From the NCBI RefSeq assembly GCF_009914755.1, contig NC_060932.1: 64,000 nucleotides of DNA; one strand, written 5' to 3'. The position numbers and the translations under genes are program-made. Below the pieces are notes generated by a model, which saw only the letters and a program-made list of their open reading frames with translations, was not told the origin of the DNA and searched no databases. Shown here one piece after another: positions 14,057 to 28,725 of the stretch (the first letter of the stretch is position 1; the number at the start of each line of letters is the position of its first letter). The stretch is from the human T2T-CHM13v2.0 reference genome, Homo sapiens.

Positions 14057-16509
14057 TTGCTACATCCTCCTCCCCATCTCCAAAGCCCCTTCTCTTTACA
14101 GCCATGTACTCTACAAATAACACCATTTTCTACTGGTGCCAGGCAAATTGGGAAGCACAGATTTGGATCAACTCAAACCCTCACTCAAAGACATTCAATA
14201 GCTCATGCTGCCTCACATAAAATCTGCTATACTTCACCTAACATTCAAAGCCCTTGGCAGTCTGACAAGGACAAATCTCATCTTCAACTCCTTCCCATCC
14301 TGACCCCTCTCTCATTCTCCAGTTTTTATTATCCCATGACTGTATCTTTCCCATTTTCCTCATTTGCCCCTGACTCCACCATCTGGATGGCTTTACTGTC
14401 CCCATCCACCTGTCCAGAGCCACCTCCAAGGATTCGGTTAGTGCAAAGCCCCTTCCCAAGCCCAAACCAGTCATCTGTGAAGTCTTCACAGATGACCTCA
14501 ACTTAGGACAATTATTTGGACTACTCCTTTGTCAAGGAGACCAGCACGTGAGACCTCCTTCATCTCTGGTACTGATGTGTTGAGCTGATATTTTTCTCTT
14601 CCAAAACTTAGTTATCCTTCACTATGTTTATATCTTTGTCTTACCAAAATGCAACCTCTCTGATGACAGGTATTACACCTTATATTTATGTCTCCCTCAG
14701 TACTCAGTAATTTCTCACACATTTCTTACACACAATGAACATGCAATCAATATATGTTTTCAGATAACTGATTAACATTGTCCTCATCCCCCTCGCCTCC
14801 ACCATGTGAGGAATTCAGCAATCCTTCTACACAGATAAAGGCTCCATTTGTTTTTCTTGTGAGTAAATTGCCTTCTCATTATTCTGCCTCCAGAAACTTA
14901 GCTCTCTTAAATAAATGCCTGGTAGGAGGACAGAACTGAGAGCAAAGTAAGAACATTTCCCTTCTCTGGTGAGAAGAAAAGGGCACAATCATAGCACAGG
15001 ATGATAGTGGAGGGCTCACGGGAAGAAAATATAACAAAAACGTGAAGAAACCACCTTTAAGAAATTTTGGAGAGGGAAAGAGCATTGCAAATATACAAAA
15101 TGATAGAGAAAACATAGGGAGAAAAGGACTTCACAGGAAAGGAAAAAATAAAACAAAGCTATTTATTAGAAGACAGCCAGAGAAATGAGCTGAGAGCCCA
15201 GCACAAATGCTCAGCAATACCCCTCATGGGAGGGGCAGCCCCTGTTACCCCTTCCAGGAGGTGCCTCCTCCACGCAGACAGCTGGCCTCAAGAGCACATC
15301 TGGGGAGGCCCTTCCTTGCCCAGACAGCACGCGGCCCCATTTACTGGACTAAAGGCAGGCATAGTGAACCAATGGAAAATTTTCTTCAGGCAACATAACC
15401 TCAGCTTAAAAAAAAATATCAATCTATTTGCCTCCCAGCCAAAGAGAAATCAAGTTAGACAAAGGAAATTAGGCAATAAGTTTAATGTGACTGCAGCTGC
15501 AGTTGTGAAATAAACCTAATGTACTCTGACTCTCCTTCCCATGTGCTCTCTGGGTTGCACAGGCCACTTTTTGGGGAGGGCACCAAGGAAGTGTTCTGCA
15601 GGTACATGAAATCTTTTAAACTTAGAAGTCAACTGACTGCTGGTGTTCAAAGAAGCCCCACTGCCAGCAGGATATGCTTGAAACCGATGTCCAGGAGCGT
15701 TGGCAGATTTGCAGGGATGCAGGCCACGCTCCTGCCAAGTGCACACTTGTAACCAAGGACAGAATGCGCAATCTGTTGCCCTGGAGCACAGAAAGAAAGC
15801 ACTAACCTCAGATTCACAGATCTTAGCTTCTATGTGATGAGCTCAGAAAATCAAGGGCCAATGCGAATGTTTGTGAAAATGTGGCTATAAAGAGAGGTAC
15901 TGATTAATAGGAAACAGTTATATGTCTATGTGCGTGTGTCTTGGGTGGGTGCCAATATTATATATTTCAAGCATTGTGTGTGCGGTTAGAATGATGAAAT
16001 ACGTGCAGACTCAAGTCACCAAATAGGTGAATATTCGGCTGTGTCGCCTCAGGGGACTGGAAGGGGTCTGGAGCTTTGTTGTCTTCACTTCCTCCCCCAT
16101 TCATATTCCAGCTCCAGGCCCACCCCTGCCAGGGTTGCAGGGCCCACCAGCTTTGTTTCTGTGGCTCTGGTGTGGTAGATCTGGTCAGAGAACCCACTGT
16201 CTGATTGGTGGGCTTACTCTGGCAGTGAGAGCTAGTACCTGGACCATCAGAATCACAATTCAAAAGACAACTGGGGCAAAAAGCAAAAGCCACCACTTCT
16301 CTGCTGGCCATGCCCTTACCACCCTGGTAAAGAATGGGATTATGCCTAATCACTTTGTCTCCACCACCTACTATGTCTCTGGCACATGGTAGGGCCCAAG
16401 ATATGGTTTGTAATGGCTGAATAAATGAATGTGGAACAAGATAAAAGCATAAGAGAGAGAAATGGGAATTTCTGCATTTAGTTGCAAAGGCCCATAAATT
16501 TATACGTTT

Positions 16510-16960
16510 CTATTGAGAAAATGTGAGAGCATTTCATATAAAACAAACCAGGGGATAGATGAATGCCCCAGAGAAACTCTCACACATATATACAAAGACA
16601 TACAGTGTCTAAAATAGTGAAAAATTGCAAACAACCTGAATGTCCACCAGCAAAAGAATATATCATCAATTATGGTATATTCATAAAGCATAATAGTATA
16701 AAGCAGTGAAAATAAAAAAACCACATTTCAACATAGATAAATCTAACAATTATAATGTTGAGAAAGTTGCACAATACATATAGTACAATTCATATGAAGC
16801 TAAGAATACACAAAAATTATATATAATATATATTATGTAAATATATAGTCATGCCTTAGAAATGCACCTATATATATATAGTAAATAGAAAGAAATGCAT
16901 GGAAATGATAAACACCAAATTGGGTAGTTGTTGAGATGAGGAAGGAGACAGGCCTGGGAA
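16510..16960 (+). mobile_element. Old L1M 3' fragment
   Basis: 'aaacaacctgaatgtccaccagca...tggtatattcata...tataatgttgag' L1M 3'UTR pattern. Confidence 0.6.
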
Positions 16961-17806
16961 GGTTAATACACAAGTGTTAGCTATAGTACTCTTTGTACCT
17001 TTTGTTTATATTAAATATTGTACTTTTTAAAAAAATTATGGACGTTGTAAGTTACTGTCTACTCAAAGAGACTTAAAACACAGAAACCAGCCATTTACTA
17101 TAATCCTAGTCATTTTAACATAAACATCAGAGAAGACCCAATATAAGTTTTTTAATTACTCACTGAATAAATGTGGTAAGATATTCAAACCTCATGCAAT
17201 TGCTCACAATTACTGTTTTGGATGTACAAGGTGTATTCAAGGAAAATGTTATTTTAAAAAATTGCAAAGTTCTGCATTTAATTATAAAACTAATCAGCCT
17301 CAGATATTCCTGCTCTGATGGTATTACAGGCAGGAACATGTCTAGTTCTGGGACTCACATGTTTGCAGGACATGGACAAGTGTGTGTCAAGAGAAGGGTG
17401 GATACAGGAGAGGTCAGGTGATTGGGATTTTGCTACTCATGGGCCTAAGGATCTGGTGAAGAACCTGGGAATGCATATCTGGTGATGGGAAGGCTTACTG
17501 GGAGCCAGTAACTTTCTTCAAACATTTGAATGAATAAATGAAAGGACTATCATATGAGAATGTAGATATATTCTGCATAATTCCAAAGGCTAAACATGTG
17601 AAGGTCTAAGAGGAGATAATTTTAATGCAACCAGAAGAAGAATGTCCTCATAATTACAGGCATCCCAGAAAGAAAAGGACTGTTTGGTTAGGTAGTAAGT
17701 TCCCTGAAACTAGCAGCAATCAAGCAAAGGTATAGAGAACTCCATTTGGGGGCGCTAATTGGACTTTTTTAGTTCCAAAGTGTTATCTAATTTTATGACT
17801 CTAAAC

Positions 17807-17995
17807 CAGTGTTTCTCAAACTTGAGTGTGTATCAGAAGCCGCTGGAGGGCTTGGGAAAACCTAGATTGCTGGAACCAACTACAGGAGTTTTTGAGGCAG
17901 CAGCTCTGGGGTAGGGTCTGAGAGTTGGCATTTCTGAAAAATTCCCAGATGATGTTGATGTTGCTAGTCCAGAAACCATGCTTTGAGAACCTCTG
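17807..17995 (+). mobile_element. MER5A (hAT-Charlie)
   Basis: TIRs 'cagtgtttctcaaa' / 'tttgagaacctctg', 189 bp. Confidence 0.85.
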
Positions 17996-19469
17996 CTCTT
18001 AAAAAAAAAATAGTAAATCAACTTAAGTTTTTTGGTGTTTTGGTCAGGCCATTAAAATGCAGGCCCTTCCTTGAATTACTCACTGCCTCCAAATAGACTT
18101 CCACTGTAGTCTTCTAGAGGGAGGGGACCACTTTTATAGGTGATTTCTTCTAAGGCCTTTATAGGAAGACAAGGTTCTTTGCTGTACAATAAGAATATAA
18201 GGACCCTGGGATTCTTTTCAGATACTGATATTAAATTTCTTTTCAGCCATTTTCACTCTGTCCTCTGTTTCCTCCATAACCGATGGCCATAATTTTAAAA
18301 TAACTGGCCAGAATTAGAGATGAGTCTGAGTCCAAAAAACAGTGTTGTTTGACCCACAGAAGGATCTGACCTGGTGTAAACCACATTCACGAACAGGTCT
18401 GGTGACACTAACTAGCCACTGTCTCTGGAATGCATCTTTGTCAAGCACTGCTTTGGGGAAGAAGACAGAAGTGCTGAGAATTCTCTTCTTTTTAATTCAA
18501 AGGGGGGAAGAATGTAAAACACGGCTCTTGAACCAGTTCCATGGGCAGATAAAGTTCAGACAAAAATGTTAAATCACACATTTGTCCATTAGTATCTGGT
18601 TTCTTCACTCAACAAATGACTATTGAGCTTCTATATATACCTGGAGCTGTGCTTAAACCTAGGGATACAGTTGTAAATAATACAAGCAAATGTCAAAGAT
18701 ATAAAAACATAGAATCTATGTCAGGTAGGAAGAAAAATACAGCAGGTGCTTAGTTAGGAAAGCCTATGCCTTTCACACAGCCTCGCTTGGTGCTTATTTT
18801 TTGCCCAATGCTAATGCTGAAAATAAACTGCTTACTCTGGCCAAGCCAAATGATCAGTGATAGAATGGGTTACTGTGATTCATTTCTAAGCTGCTTTTCT
18901 TTTATAATTTGGGGGAAAATGCAGTTATTAGTAGTAAAGTCCCTAGAAATCATTTCTAGTTCACTTGAAAGGTTCAGTTGCATAAAAATATGTTTAAATA
19001 AACAACTTGGAATAAAGAGTGGTTAAAATTGTATGCATATGTAATCAACAATGTTAGCTTTTTTTCATGCATAGCCCAGACTTTTTTTTTTTTTTAAAGC
19101 AAATGTCTTCTGAAGGCCACAAAATGAATCTTAGGAGGTTTGTTTGAACAGTTTCACTGCTAATAATTTTTAAAAGGTGTCAGTTCTGGAGGCTCGGGCT
19201 ATCTTAGCCAAAATAATCCATCCAAGCTTCTTAATTTTAGTCATTCTGAAATTTAGTGGTGAAAATTAAAGGTGTGCAAGAAACCTGGGAGACAGAGTTT
19301 TTATATGAAATATAATTATAGTATCTTTTGGTCCTGTCTGAATTAAGTCATTATACAAAGATTTCTGACTCACAGCTATAGCTAATAAGAGCTCCCACTC
19401 ATTTCACAAACTGACCACCTACTACTACTATCTATTACCACTAACTGACTACCTACTACATGCCAACTG

Positions 19470-19685
19470 CTACTGAACACTAACTATGTTCCAAGCATCT
19501 TATGACGCTACCTTAAAACTCACAACAAAGCTAGGAAATAAATATCATCATCATGCCCATTTTGCAAATAAAAAAATTGAAATTCAGAAAAATTAAATGA
19601 TATACCCAAGGTCATACCCAGCTCATAAGTGGCAGACTAGGAATTTATCACCAAAGCCTTTCTCTTCACTCTATGGTACTGCTCC
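19470..19685 (+). mobile_element. MIR
   Basis: 'cccattttgcaaat...acccaaggtcatacccagctcataagtggcag'. Confidence 0.7.
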
Positions 19686-20152
19686 CCCCCAATAGCCCAG
19701 ATGGCAGGTTTGATTTTGTGTGGATTAGCAACAGATATTTGTTCCTCAAGGTGCTTTGCTATCATATGCTAGAAAACTGGCATAGTTACTACCTGTATCT
19801 ATATCTAGCTACCTATCTATCCACATATATCTGTGGTAACTATGATGTGAAGAGTGCCCCTGTAACTTTGCAAAAGCACAACCTGAACCACCTCAGCCAG
19901 CAGCCCTGACACCATGGTACAGCCCTGATATTGTGTTACAAGACATCACAGTGACAAATCATGGCATAAATCATATTCATTTCCACTTATGCACCCATGA
20001 CAAGACCCACACAATGCACACTGGGATGCTTGTGGGTGTGGGGAGTGGCGGGCGCGTTAGTGACAGACACTCTTAGAAACAGGCATGAAAAGCAGCATCT
20101 TTAGGCCGATCAACTGTTATGAGCAGGAACACAGGCTGCTGTGCTGATGTGC

Positions 20153-20178
20153 ATGTGAGTGTGTGTGTGTGTGTGTGC
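20153..20178. repeat. (TG)n microsatellite
   Basis: Direct reading. Confidence 0.9.
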
Positions 20179-22924
20179 ACGCTTTCTTTGAGGAAGAGGA
20201 GGAGGATTATAACGCACAAATTAGTCAGAGGATACACAATGTGCAACTTCAAGGGAAAATGCTTCATAGCTTCTGTGAAACAGTCACTGGTGATGTAGCT
20301 ATCCTAATAAGCCATAACCATCACTCTTTGCCAAAGGGTACCTGACTCCTCCTTTCTTCTCCCTCCCCACGCCCTACAATCCCTACTACCCAAGGATGAC
20401 AGTCATTCTTCCCCCGCTTTATTTCACACAAAAGGCCCCCTCTAGAATCCAGAAGGGCACCATCATAAGCCGCAAGCCATTACTCTTCACTGAATATAAA
20501 GTTAAATTCATTTATCTCTATCTTCAATGAGAAAAGGAAGGAAATTAAGCAAGAAAGATGGCACAATGCTTTCAAGAATGGTGTATTCAAGGTCAAAGCC
20601 TGCCATAATTGAGTTAAAAAATAATAAATGAAAATATGTCTGCTCGGCAGAATACGGTCCAGCTAGAAGTCTTCATTAAATGTTCCAGTACACACAATGT
20701 GTTAGCTGTGTGTTTGTGTGCTTGAGATTCTGTGAGATATCCTGTAGCTCATAAATACTGAAAAGGGACAGTTACCATAGTAACTAAGTGCTATTTAATG
20801 AATACCAAAGAACTGAAGCTCCGAGGATGGTTTTAAATTGCCAGAACATGACTTACTGCTGCAGCTATGGGCTTGCAAGTAACTGACATGTCACTCTCTC
20901 TAATAAGATTTTTAACAAGTTGGCCAATTTGGCTGATCTCTGTCTTGACCACATGACACCACAAGATTCTGTCTTTACATCACATGAAAAGCATGTTCCT
21001 GATTTCTTCTCCTGACTCTAAGTACCAAGATCTTCTACAGAAATGGGTCAGACATTCAGATATGGAAAACGTCCTTAAATTTGAAACTTTGACCCAAGTA
21101 GTGAAGCAGTAGGACACATACTTCCGTCATAAGCAATAGACACCAGTTCAATGAGCTGTCAGGCTGAATACAGCAGGCTCTTTATTTCCGAAAAAGGTGA
21201 ATGCTCCCTTTACACTAAATGCAGTTTGTTCTTTATTGTGCAATGACACAGAAGAGCTATTGCAGTTGATTTTTGCAGGAACTTTTTACAGGTTAGTGAC
21301 GTCTTAGGTAATCTTTCATCAGGATGTCCAAACCTTCCCTACTACGCCCACTCCCAATTCTCTCTCGCCATCCATCACCATATGTCAAATTCCTCACCTT
21401 GGAATCATCTCACTTTTTACAGATTTAAAAGGAAAAAATAAGCATGGCTGCCCTGCTTTTCTTTCCACTGGTCTCCCCTGGTAACTTTAACGTGGTCCAT
21501 TTTTAAGGCTACAGATTGTGTGGCAAGCATACTTACGTCTACATGCCATTAATAAGTAACAAGAATTTTAAAAACGAAAACATCTATGTACCATGAAGCC
21601 AAAAATCTTTAGCAAATGCATCCGTTCTCCAGAGGCTGGCTTGTTCTTGCATAACCAGCAGCTCGAATGGCCTGGCTGGAGCCAGCCTAGCTCAGTGCTC
21701 GGGCTGCGGGCGCCCCCTTCAGCATCTAGGGTGCAATGCATGTTGCTTTCCTGTTAGATACTAACAAGACGGCTGGGCAATTATTTTTGCTAAAACTGTT
21801 TAAGGAAATTTTGTAGGAAAATTTGGGCCAACATCTAATGGTGTGAGACAAAAATCCTGCACATTACCAGCCTGCATTTAATGTTAAAATCAGGCACGTA
21901 AAATTTAAAAGGGAGGCCTTCATTGCAAGAAGAAAAAAAAACCGTATAGATATATTCATTTATTCATTTGATTAAATAACACTTCTCTACAAGGTGAACT
22001 CTATTTAAAATTGCCTCTGTCTGTGATAAACACAATTAAAAGTGGAGACAGCCACAACCTCTTCACCTTCTCATTTCCTTCTACAGCCTGAAGCTGTTCT
22101 CTCTGTAGTGCAATCCCCAGCCTTAACTGCTTCCTCCTAGAACCCCCTGTCAATGCCTTGGTTTATCTCACCTCCATGTTTAGTCTTGACTCACAGGGCC
22201 ACGTTATCTACTCACCTCTCTCGTACGATTTCATGTCGATGACTGCTCTAACTCCACAATGATCTTTCTTCTTTGAATTTCTAAGGCATCTTGTTTCTGC
22301 CTCTCGTGTGATATTCTTAACCCATCCCTTCTTAGGCTGAGAATATTTGACTTTACATCTCCTCTCCTCTCCTAGACTGTCAGCTTCTTAAAGGCAGGGT
22401 GTGGCTGTTGTATAAGCTTGACCCTCAGCCTGCGGCTTGCCGAGGTGCTCCTGTGCAGAGTGAATTTGTGAATGAAGGAACACACAAAGGTGACTCTTTT
22501 GGCTTCATTTCATCTCTCTAAGAGCTCTGCTTAACAAACTCGTTGCTCCAACCTAAAAAATGAAGGGGCACTTAAAGAAAATAAGACCAGCGAGACAGTT
22601 CTTCCTCCTCTCCTTGGAAAATCTTTTCTACTTAAATTCATCTTTATCCATTCATTCTTCTAACACAGTCATGTATTGATCACATGCAGTAAGTAAAAAG
22701 CATGAAATGGGAAGATGCTATTCTTACTTTTCCTCTCACCATAGCCAGTGCTGAATAAAATCTTTCTAATTTTCCTTTATGCTGTTTCTTAGTCCTGCCG
22801 ATCTTCCATGCCGTGTGGAAGGCTGCATCCTTCTCACTCACCTGTTCAACATTTATTGTGCTTCTTCTCTATGCTGAACCGAACTGGCCCACGTCAAATA
22901 GGATCAATTAAAACAAAAATCGAG

Positions 22925-23548
22925 AGCATAACTCCTCACTCCTTAAGTATGGGCTGTACATGGTGACTTCCTTCCAGAAAATACAACATGGAAAGGGGTG
23001 GGGAAAACAGCTGTATGGTGGAGAAACTTGGCAAGTACGACCTCAGCCAGTTCATCCAGGTCAACACCAGTAGTGGTAAGTCGTGCTCACCGTATGTCTT
23101 TTGATGAAAATGGTTCTTTACTTTTGTGATCTTCCTCCCGCAAACCCACAACCCGAAGCTTATAATTAGAAAAACATCAGGAAAATCACAACAGAGGCCA
23201 TTCTACAAAATACCTGATCGATATTCCTCAAAACTGTCATGGTCATCAAAAACAGAGTCAGAGAAATTGTCACAAGTCAGGGGAGCCTAAGGACACATGA
23301 CCACTAAATGTAATATTAAATCCCGGAAGGGAAAAAACAGGCAAAAACTAAGGAAATATGATAAAGCATGGATTCTAGTTAATAATAGCATATCAATATT
23401 GGATCATTAATTGTGACAAGTGTACCATACTAATGTAAGATAATAATAGTGGCAACCAGCTGTGGGGTACATAGGAGTGTCTTGTACTATCTTTGTAACT
23501 TTTCTGTAAATCTAAAATATTCTAAAATAAAACATTTATTTTAAAAAA
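22925..23548 (+). mobile_element. L1MC/L1MD-type 3' UTR fragment
   Basis: 'ggagaaacttggcaag...cctcagccag...ggtcaacacc' and the terminal 'ttttctgtaaatctaaaatattctaaaataaaa'. Confidence 0.7.
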
Positions 23549-24852
23549 TGGAACTAGACCTCAAGAATATTAATGAGAAAGAAAAGGAAGACAGATTGTG
23601 GTACAGGATTGTAAGTGGGTTTTCTGGATTCAGTAGAACTCGGGCTGCAAGGTGAGAAGAGGCAGACAGTGACGATGGTAGGGGTAGTGTCTAAGGACAG
23701 TGGAAAGCTATGGATGATTCATGGACAGTTAGAAAAGGCTAAAAATATTATTGCACTTCAGAAAGGTCCTAGTTGAGGTCATCAGCATAAATTTTGGTCG
23801 GGAACAGCCAGCCCAGATGAGCAACTTTCTCATAACAACCAGGCCAAGAATAGAGAAAGCTGGTGCTGTGATCGACCCAGATAAGGGCTCAGCATACAGT
23901 TTCTGCAACGATCTCTCTCTTTTAACGTGAACCACAACAAACACGCTTTCTCCTTGAATTCTTCCAGATTCATTATTCTATGAAGCCTCCTCTTCAACAG
24001 CCCCCTTCTCTCCTTTTTCCCACATTCTGTAACTGAAAAAAATGAATAATGATAGTGCAAAAACATTCTGATGATGGTTTAGAGGAAAATGTTAAATTAG
24101 AGGAGTAAAGAAGCAAGATATAGAGTAAGTCAAATAAGTCAAAGAAATCCAAGGGAGGCTCAATCAATTCAATATACCCTGAGAATATTTTTCCACTTTT
24201 CAAAAAAAAAAAAAAAAACGATAAAACAAGAAAAGAAAGACAAAAAGGTCACCAGCTTTTTAAAAGGATCTAGAGTCAGAGAAATAGAACCCCATGGTTC
24301 ATCTGCCTTCTGATCACCACAGGCAAAATAGCTAAGAACATCTAAAAATGAAAATGTCCTGCAAAGAATGAAACTAGTCAAACTAGAGAAATAGAAAATA
24401 ACCATAATAATACATATCTTGTCTTTGTGTAACACGTTCTTAGTTGACAAAGCATTTTCACATGTATCTCATGTGATTCTAACCAAAACTTTATGAGGTA
24501 GGCATAACAATTCTTAATGATCACATTTTACATATGAGAGAGTGGATTTTCAGAGACTTTAAATGGCCTTCGATGGATCTGGGACCAGAACTTACACATC
24601 AGGCTCTGGGGCCTATGCTGGTTTTCCTTATGTCTGGCACCGAGGTGTACACAATCAGCAGACATAGATAAAGAAGGCTTCATACTAGTAAGATAATGCA
24701 GAATATGTATCTTTCTCCCAAAAGACACACATACAAAAATGTAAATATTTAATTTTCTATTATCATTATTGTGATAAATATATTTGATCATTAATGTGAT
24801 AAATAATGTCCTTCATAAAGTGAAGGATGGAAATCATACAAAAATGCAAAAC

Positions 24853-25217
<365 letters not shown>

Positions 25218-27746
25218 TTAGTTTGACCTTAAGTTAGTTATTCTTAGACTAGAAATGAGGGAAATTAACCAGGTAATATATATAGATCTTTTAAAAAAAA
25301 TCTACACATCTGGATCTTTATGTGCTATTCTGAAACAACTGAATAGGAAAGGAAGGGCAAGACAATGTTATAGAAATCAGTAGCAAAACTTGTGAGAAAG
25401 TGGTCTAAATTTATATAGTCTAAAACGTGACTCAAAGAGACATAATCACAGCCTATAAATATCCTCCAAGCAGCAATATGTGGTAAATAAAGCAAGTGAA
25501 TTATTCACAACCTTAGGTTCAGGTCATCTCTCTTTGTCCAGTTGTCTAGGGAAGACAATGCTCTACCCCTGAGCTGGTGTCATCCCTAGAAATTAAAACG
25601 GCAGACGAGGGCTCCCCAGGCTGGGCCCTGTTGGAGATACTCAGGTGTAGGATTCAAAAGAAGAAGCACATCAAATGGCCTCCTGAGATTCTCCATATTA
25701 TTAAGAATTAGACTGGAGAGTCTCACCACACAATAAAGTATTTTCATTTTTTCCCTCACCTTTGATAAAGAATGACAGAGAATGAAATCAAATCCAAAAA
25801 TGCTTTTAGTTATTGGCCCACCTGATTGGAAGACAACATGGAATATGAAAAATCAAGAAAATTATAAAGTGCTCTGCTTTGCTATCAGACAGCCTGGTAC
25901 TGAATCTCATGAAGAAACATCTGAATTTATGAAGTCAAAGTCACTAGGTCAGGGTTCTCATAGCAAACCTGTCACTTACACGGTTGTACAGCTACCGTTT
26001 TCTCATTGTCATAAGGTAATCAATATTTGTCTTTCCTGGTAAAATTACATTTAAGGCACCAAAACATTTTAAAAACCCACGAGAGCTGTGACGTACAGAT
26101 TATTACTGATGATTAACATTAGTATGATGCTCCCTGATGTTATGCTTCAAAAACACCATTTTTCAGAAATATTTCTTTACAGAATAGTTTTCTCCCTTTT
26201 GAAAATTTCTAGGATTTCAGATTAAAGCTCACAATCTCCTTAAGCCACAAGTTATTTCAAAAGGTCTGCCTGGTCCCAGCCCTTGAAGCAGCCTAAATTG
26301 TTTGAATTACAGCCAAGATGGCCCTGGGCAGGCCCCTGCTGGGTGTACAGCAGCCCGCTGTAGAGTGATATTTTAAATATCAGGAGTTCTCTAAACACAG
26401 CATGCTCAATTCAGCCACAGAACAAGCAAAATCCAAGCAATTTTTTTTCCATTGCCTTTCCAAGCACAATTTTTCTAGCTTTGTAGAGAAGCTGCCTACA
26501 TTTGGTTTTACTTGTCTTCATTTTGCATGTAATTATTTTGTATGCAACCAGATATTTAGTCCTTAAATGGGCAATAGTTCCTTATTAACATAAGAAAGAC
26601 CTTGAACCATGTCTTGTTGTTATCTTAAGATACTTATGTGAGTAAGATGTGTATACCACCCTTTATGGCATTGCATGGATCTTAACCAGTGATGAGGTGA
26701 TATGCTGAAGTGTTTAACTGAAGGCTGCTTGCTTGCTATGACTACGGCCTGCCAACCATGTGAACTGGTCCCTGAGTGGGAACAGTGGGTGCCCAGAGAG
26801 TGTCAAGTGGAAAAAAACAAGGATTTCCTATAGGAATATCTGGGGCTTGTTTTTAGGCTTATAGTGATGGTACCTTAGTGTTTCAAATGATCATCGTTTT
26901 CCCAAAGGTAACCCAGGAGCACTTCAATTGAAGCTGGGCCTTTGTGACAATATTAGCCCAAGAAACCGTAGACTTTTTCTTACTACAATAAAAACCCTAA
27001 CAGACTTTGAACAAATGCCTGTACGAGGAGGCAGAAGTCCACGCAAGTGCACATACATACAGATTATTAAAGCATTTAATGGGATTTTCTCCACTACGAC
27101 TGCAAAATTTATGAAAAACACAAATCAGGCTGCAGGTGTTGCCTGTACTAACGTCCTATAAGGAGACAATAACAGAGCTCCAGTCTCTATTGACTGCTTT
27201 CCTGAGTTGGTGGAATTTGCCAGACTTGCAATATTAACATAGAATTATGGAAATTGGAAACAAAAAGCTGGAATCTACTAGGAATGATAGGCTGAAGATG
27301 AACTCAACTGGAAAATTTGGCTAACTGAAAGTGACATCCTTTGTGCTGGAATTTTTCTATCTGAAAGCTTTAAAAAGGCTGTAATTATTTTGAGTTTTCA
27401 ATTCAACCCTTTTCAAACTAAGCCTTTTATTTCCTTCATCACGCTTTACCTTTCTTCCATGTGAACTCGGGCATTTGCCAGGCACTGAAGTGGTAAATTC
27501 ATATTGGTTTTATATACAGATCCATTGTCAGAGAATGCAACACAACTTCTACATCCTCTATGCCAAGAAAAACAAAGGAATATTTGCACATCAAAACCTT
27601 TATCTTGTGTACAGGATCAAAATACCTGAGCACAGCTAAAGAAGTCATCTAAGGAGAAGCGGCTGATTAATGCCAAAGCATTATTTCTGTGCAAGTTAGT
27701 GCATTTTCTCCACAATGAAGCCAAGGAATACAAGAACTTAGACTTA

Positions 27747-27902
<156 letters not shown>

Positions 27903-28327
27903 TCAAAGAATCATTCTAATGATCAAATACTAAAAAGTATCCTATCGATAAAATGACAAGACTTGCATCTCTTAAACAAACAGAACTGCACCTAATTTCT
28001 TATATTGTAGAGCATCTGAGGATGCTGGTAAGTATTAAACAGTCATAATGCCAATGATGGAGATGATGGGGTAACATATGGAAGCCTGAAGATGACTTTT
28101 CAGAAACCCCACTACTTAGCATCCACACTAATTCTTCCCATTCATCCTAGAATCACAAAAATTGTTATAGGTGACAGCTAAATTTTGGTAATGGTATTTT
28201 CGATTCTCCTTTAAAGTTTGACAATACCACATTTATGATCTGACTTATTTATTACAGACCTAAGATTTATGAGATAATCATGTAGACATTAGATAGAATA
28301 TTATAGAGTGAGAATAGGTGACAACAC

Positions 28328-28690
<363 letters not shown>

Positions 28691-28725
28691 TAGGTGACAA
28701 CACTTTTGAATCAGGTGACAATGCT

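Noticed and set aside
14000-14506. Longest ORF in the track (168 aa, + strand)
   Set aside because: It starts in a MER81-like fragment, is S/P-rich low complexity, and has no recognisable domain or splice context.
21537-21750. Possible 214-nt cassette exon on the minus strand (ctaacag| ... GAC|gtaagt)
   Set aside because: Poor polypyrimidine tract and frame-shifting length; such donor matches are expected by chance in a ~30-kb intron.
23729-24203. Overlapping ORFs plus the A-run at 24203-24218, suggesting a processed pseudogene
   Set aside because: No recognisable parent protein and no TSD; kept only as a cryptic-exon hypothesis.
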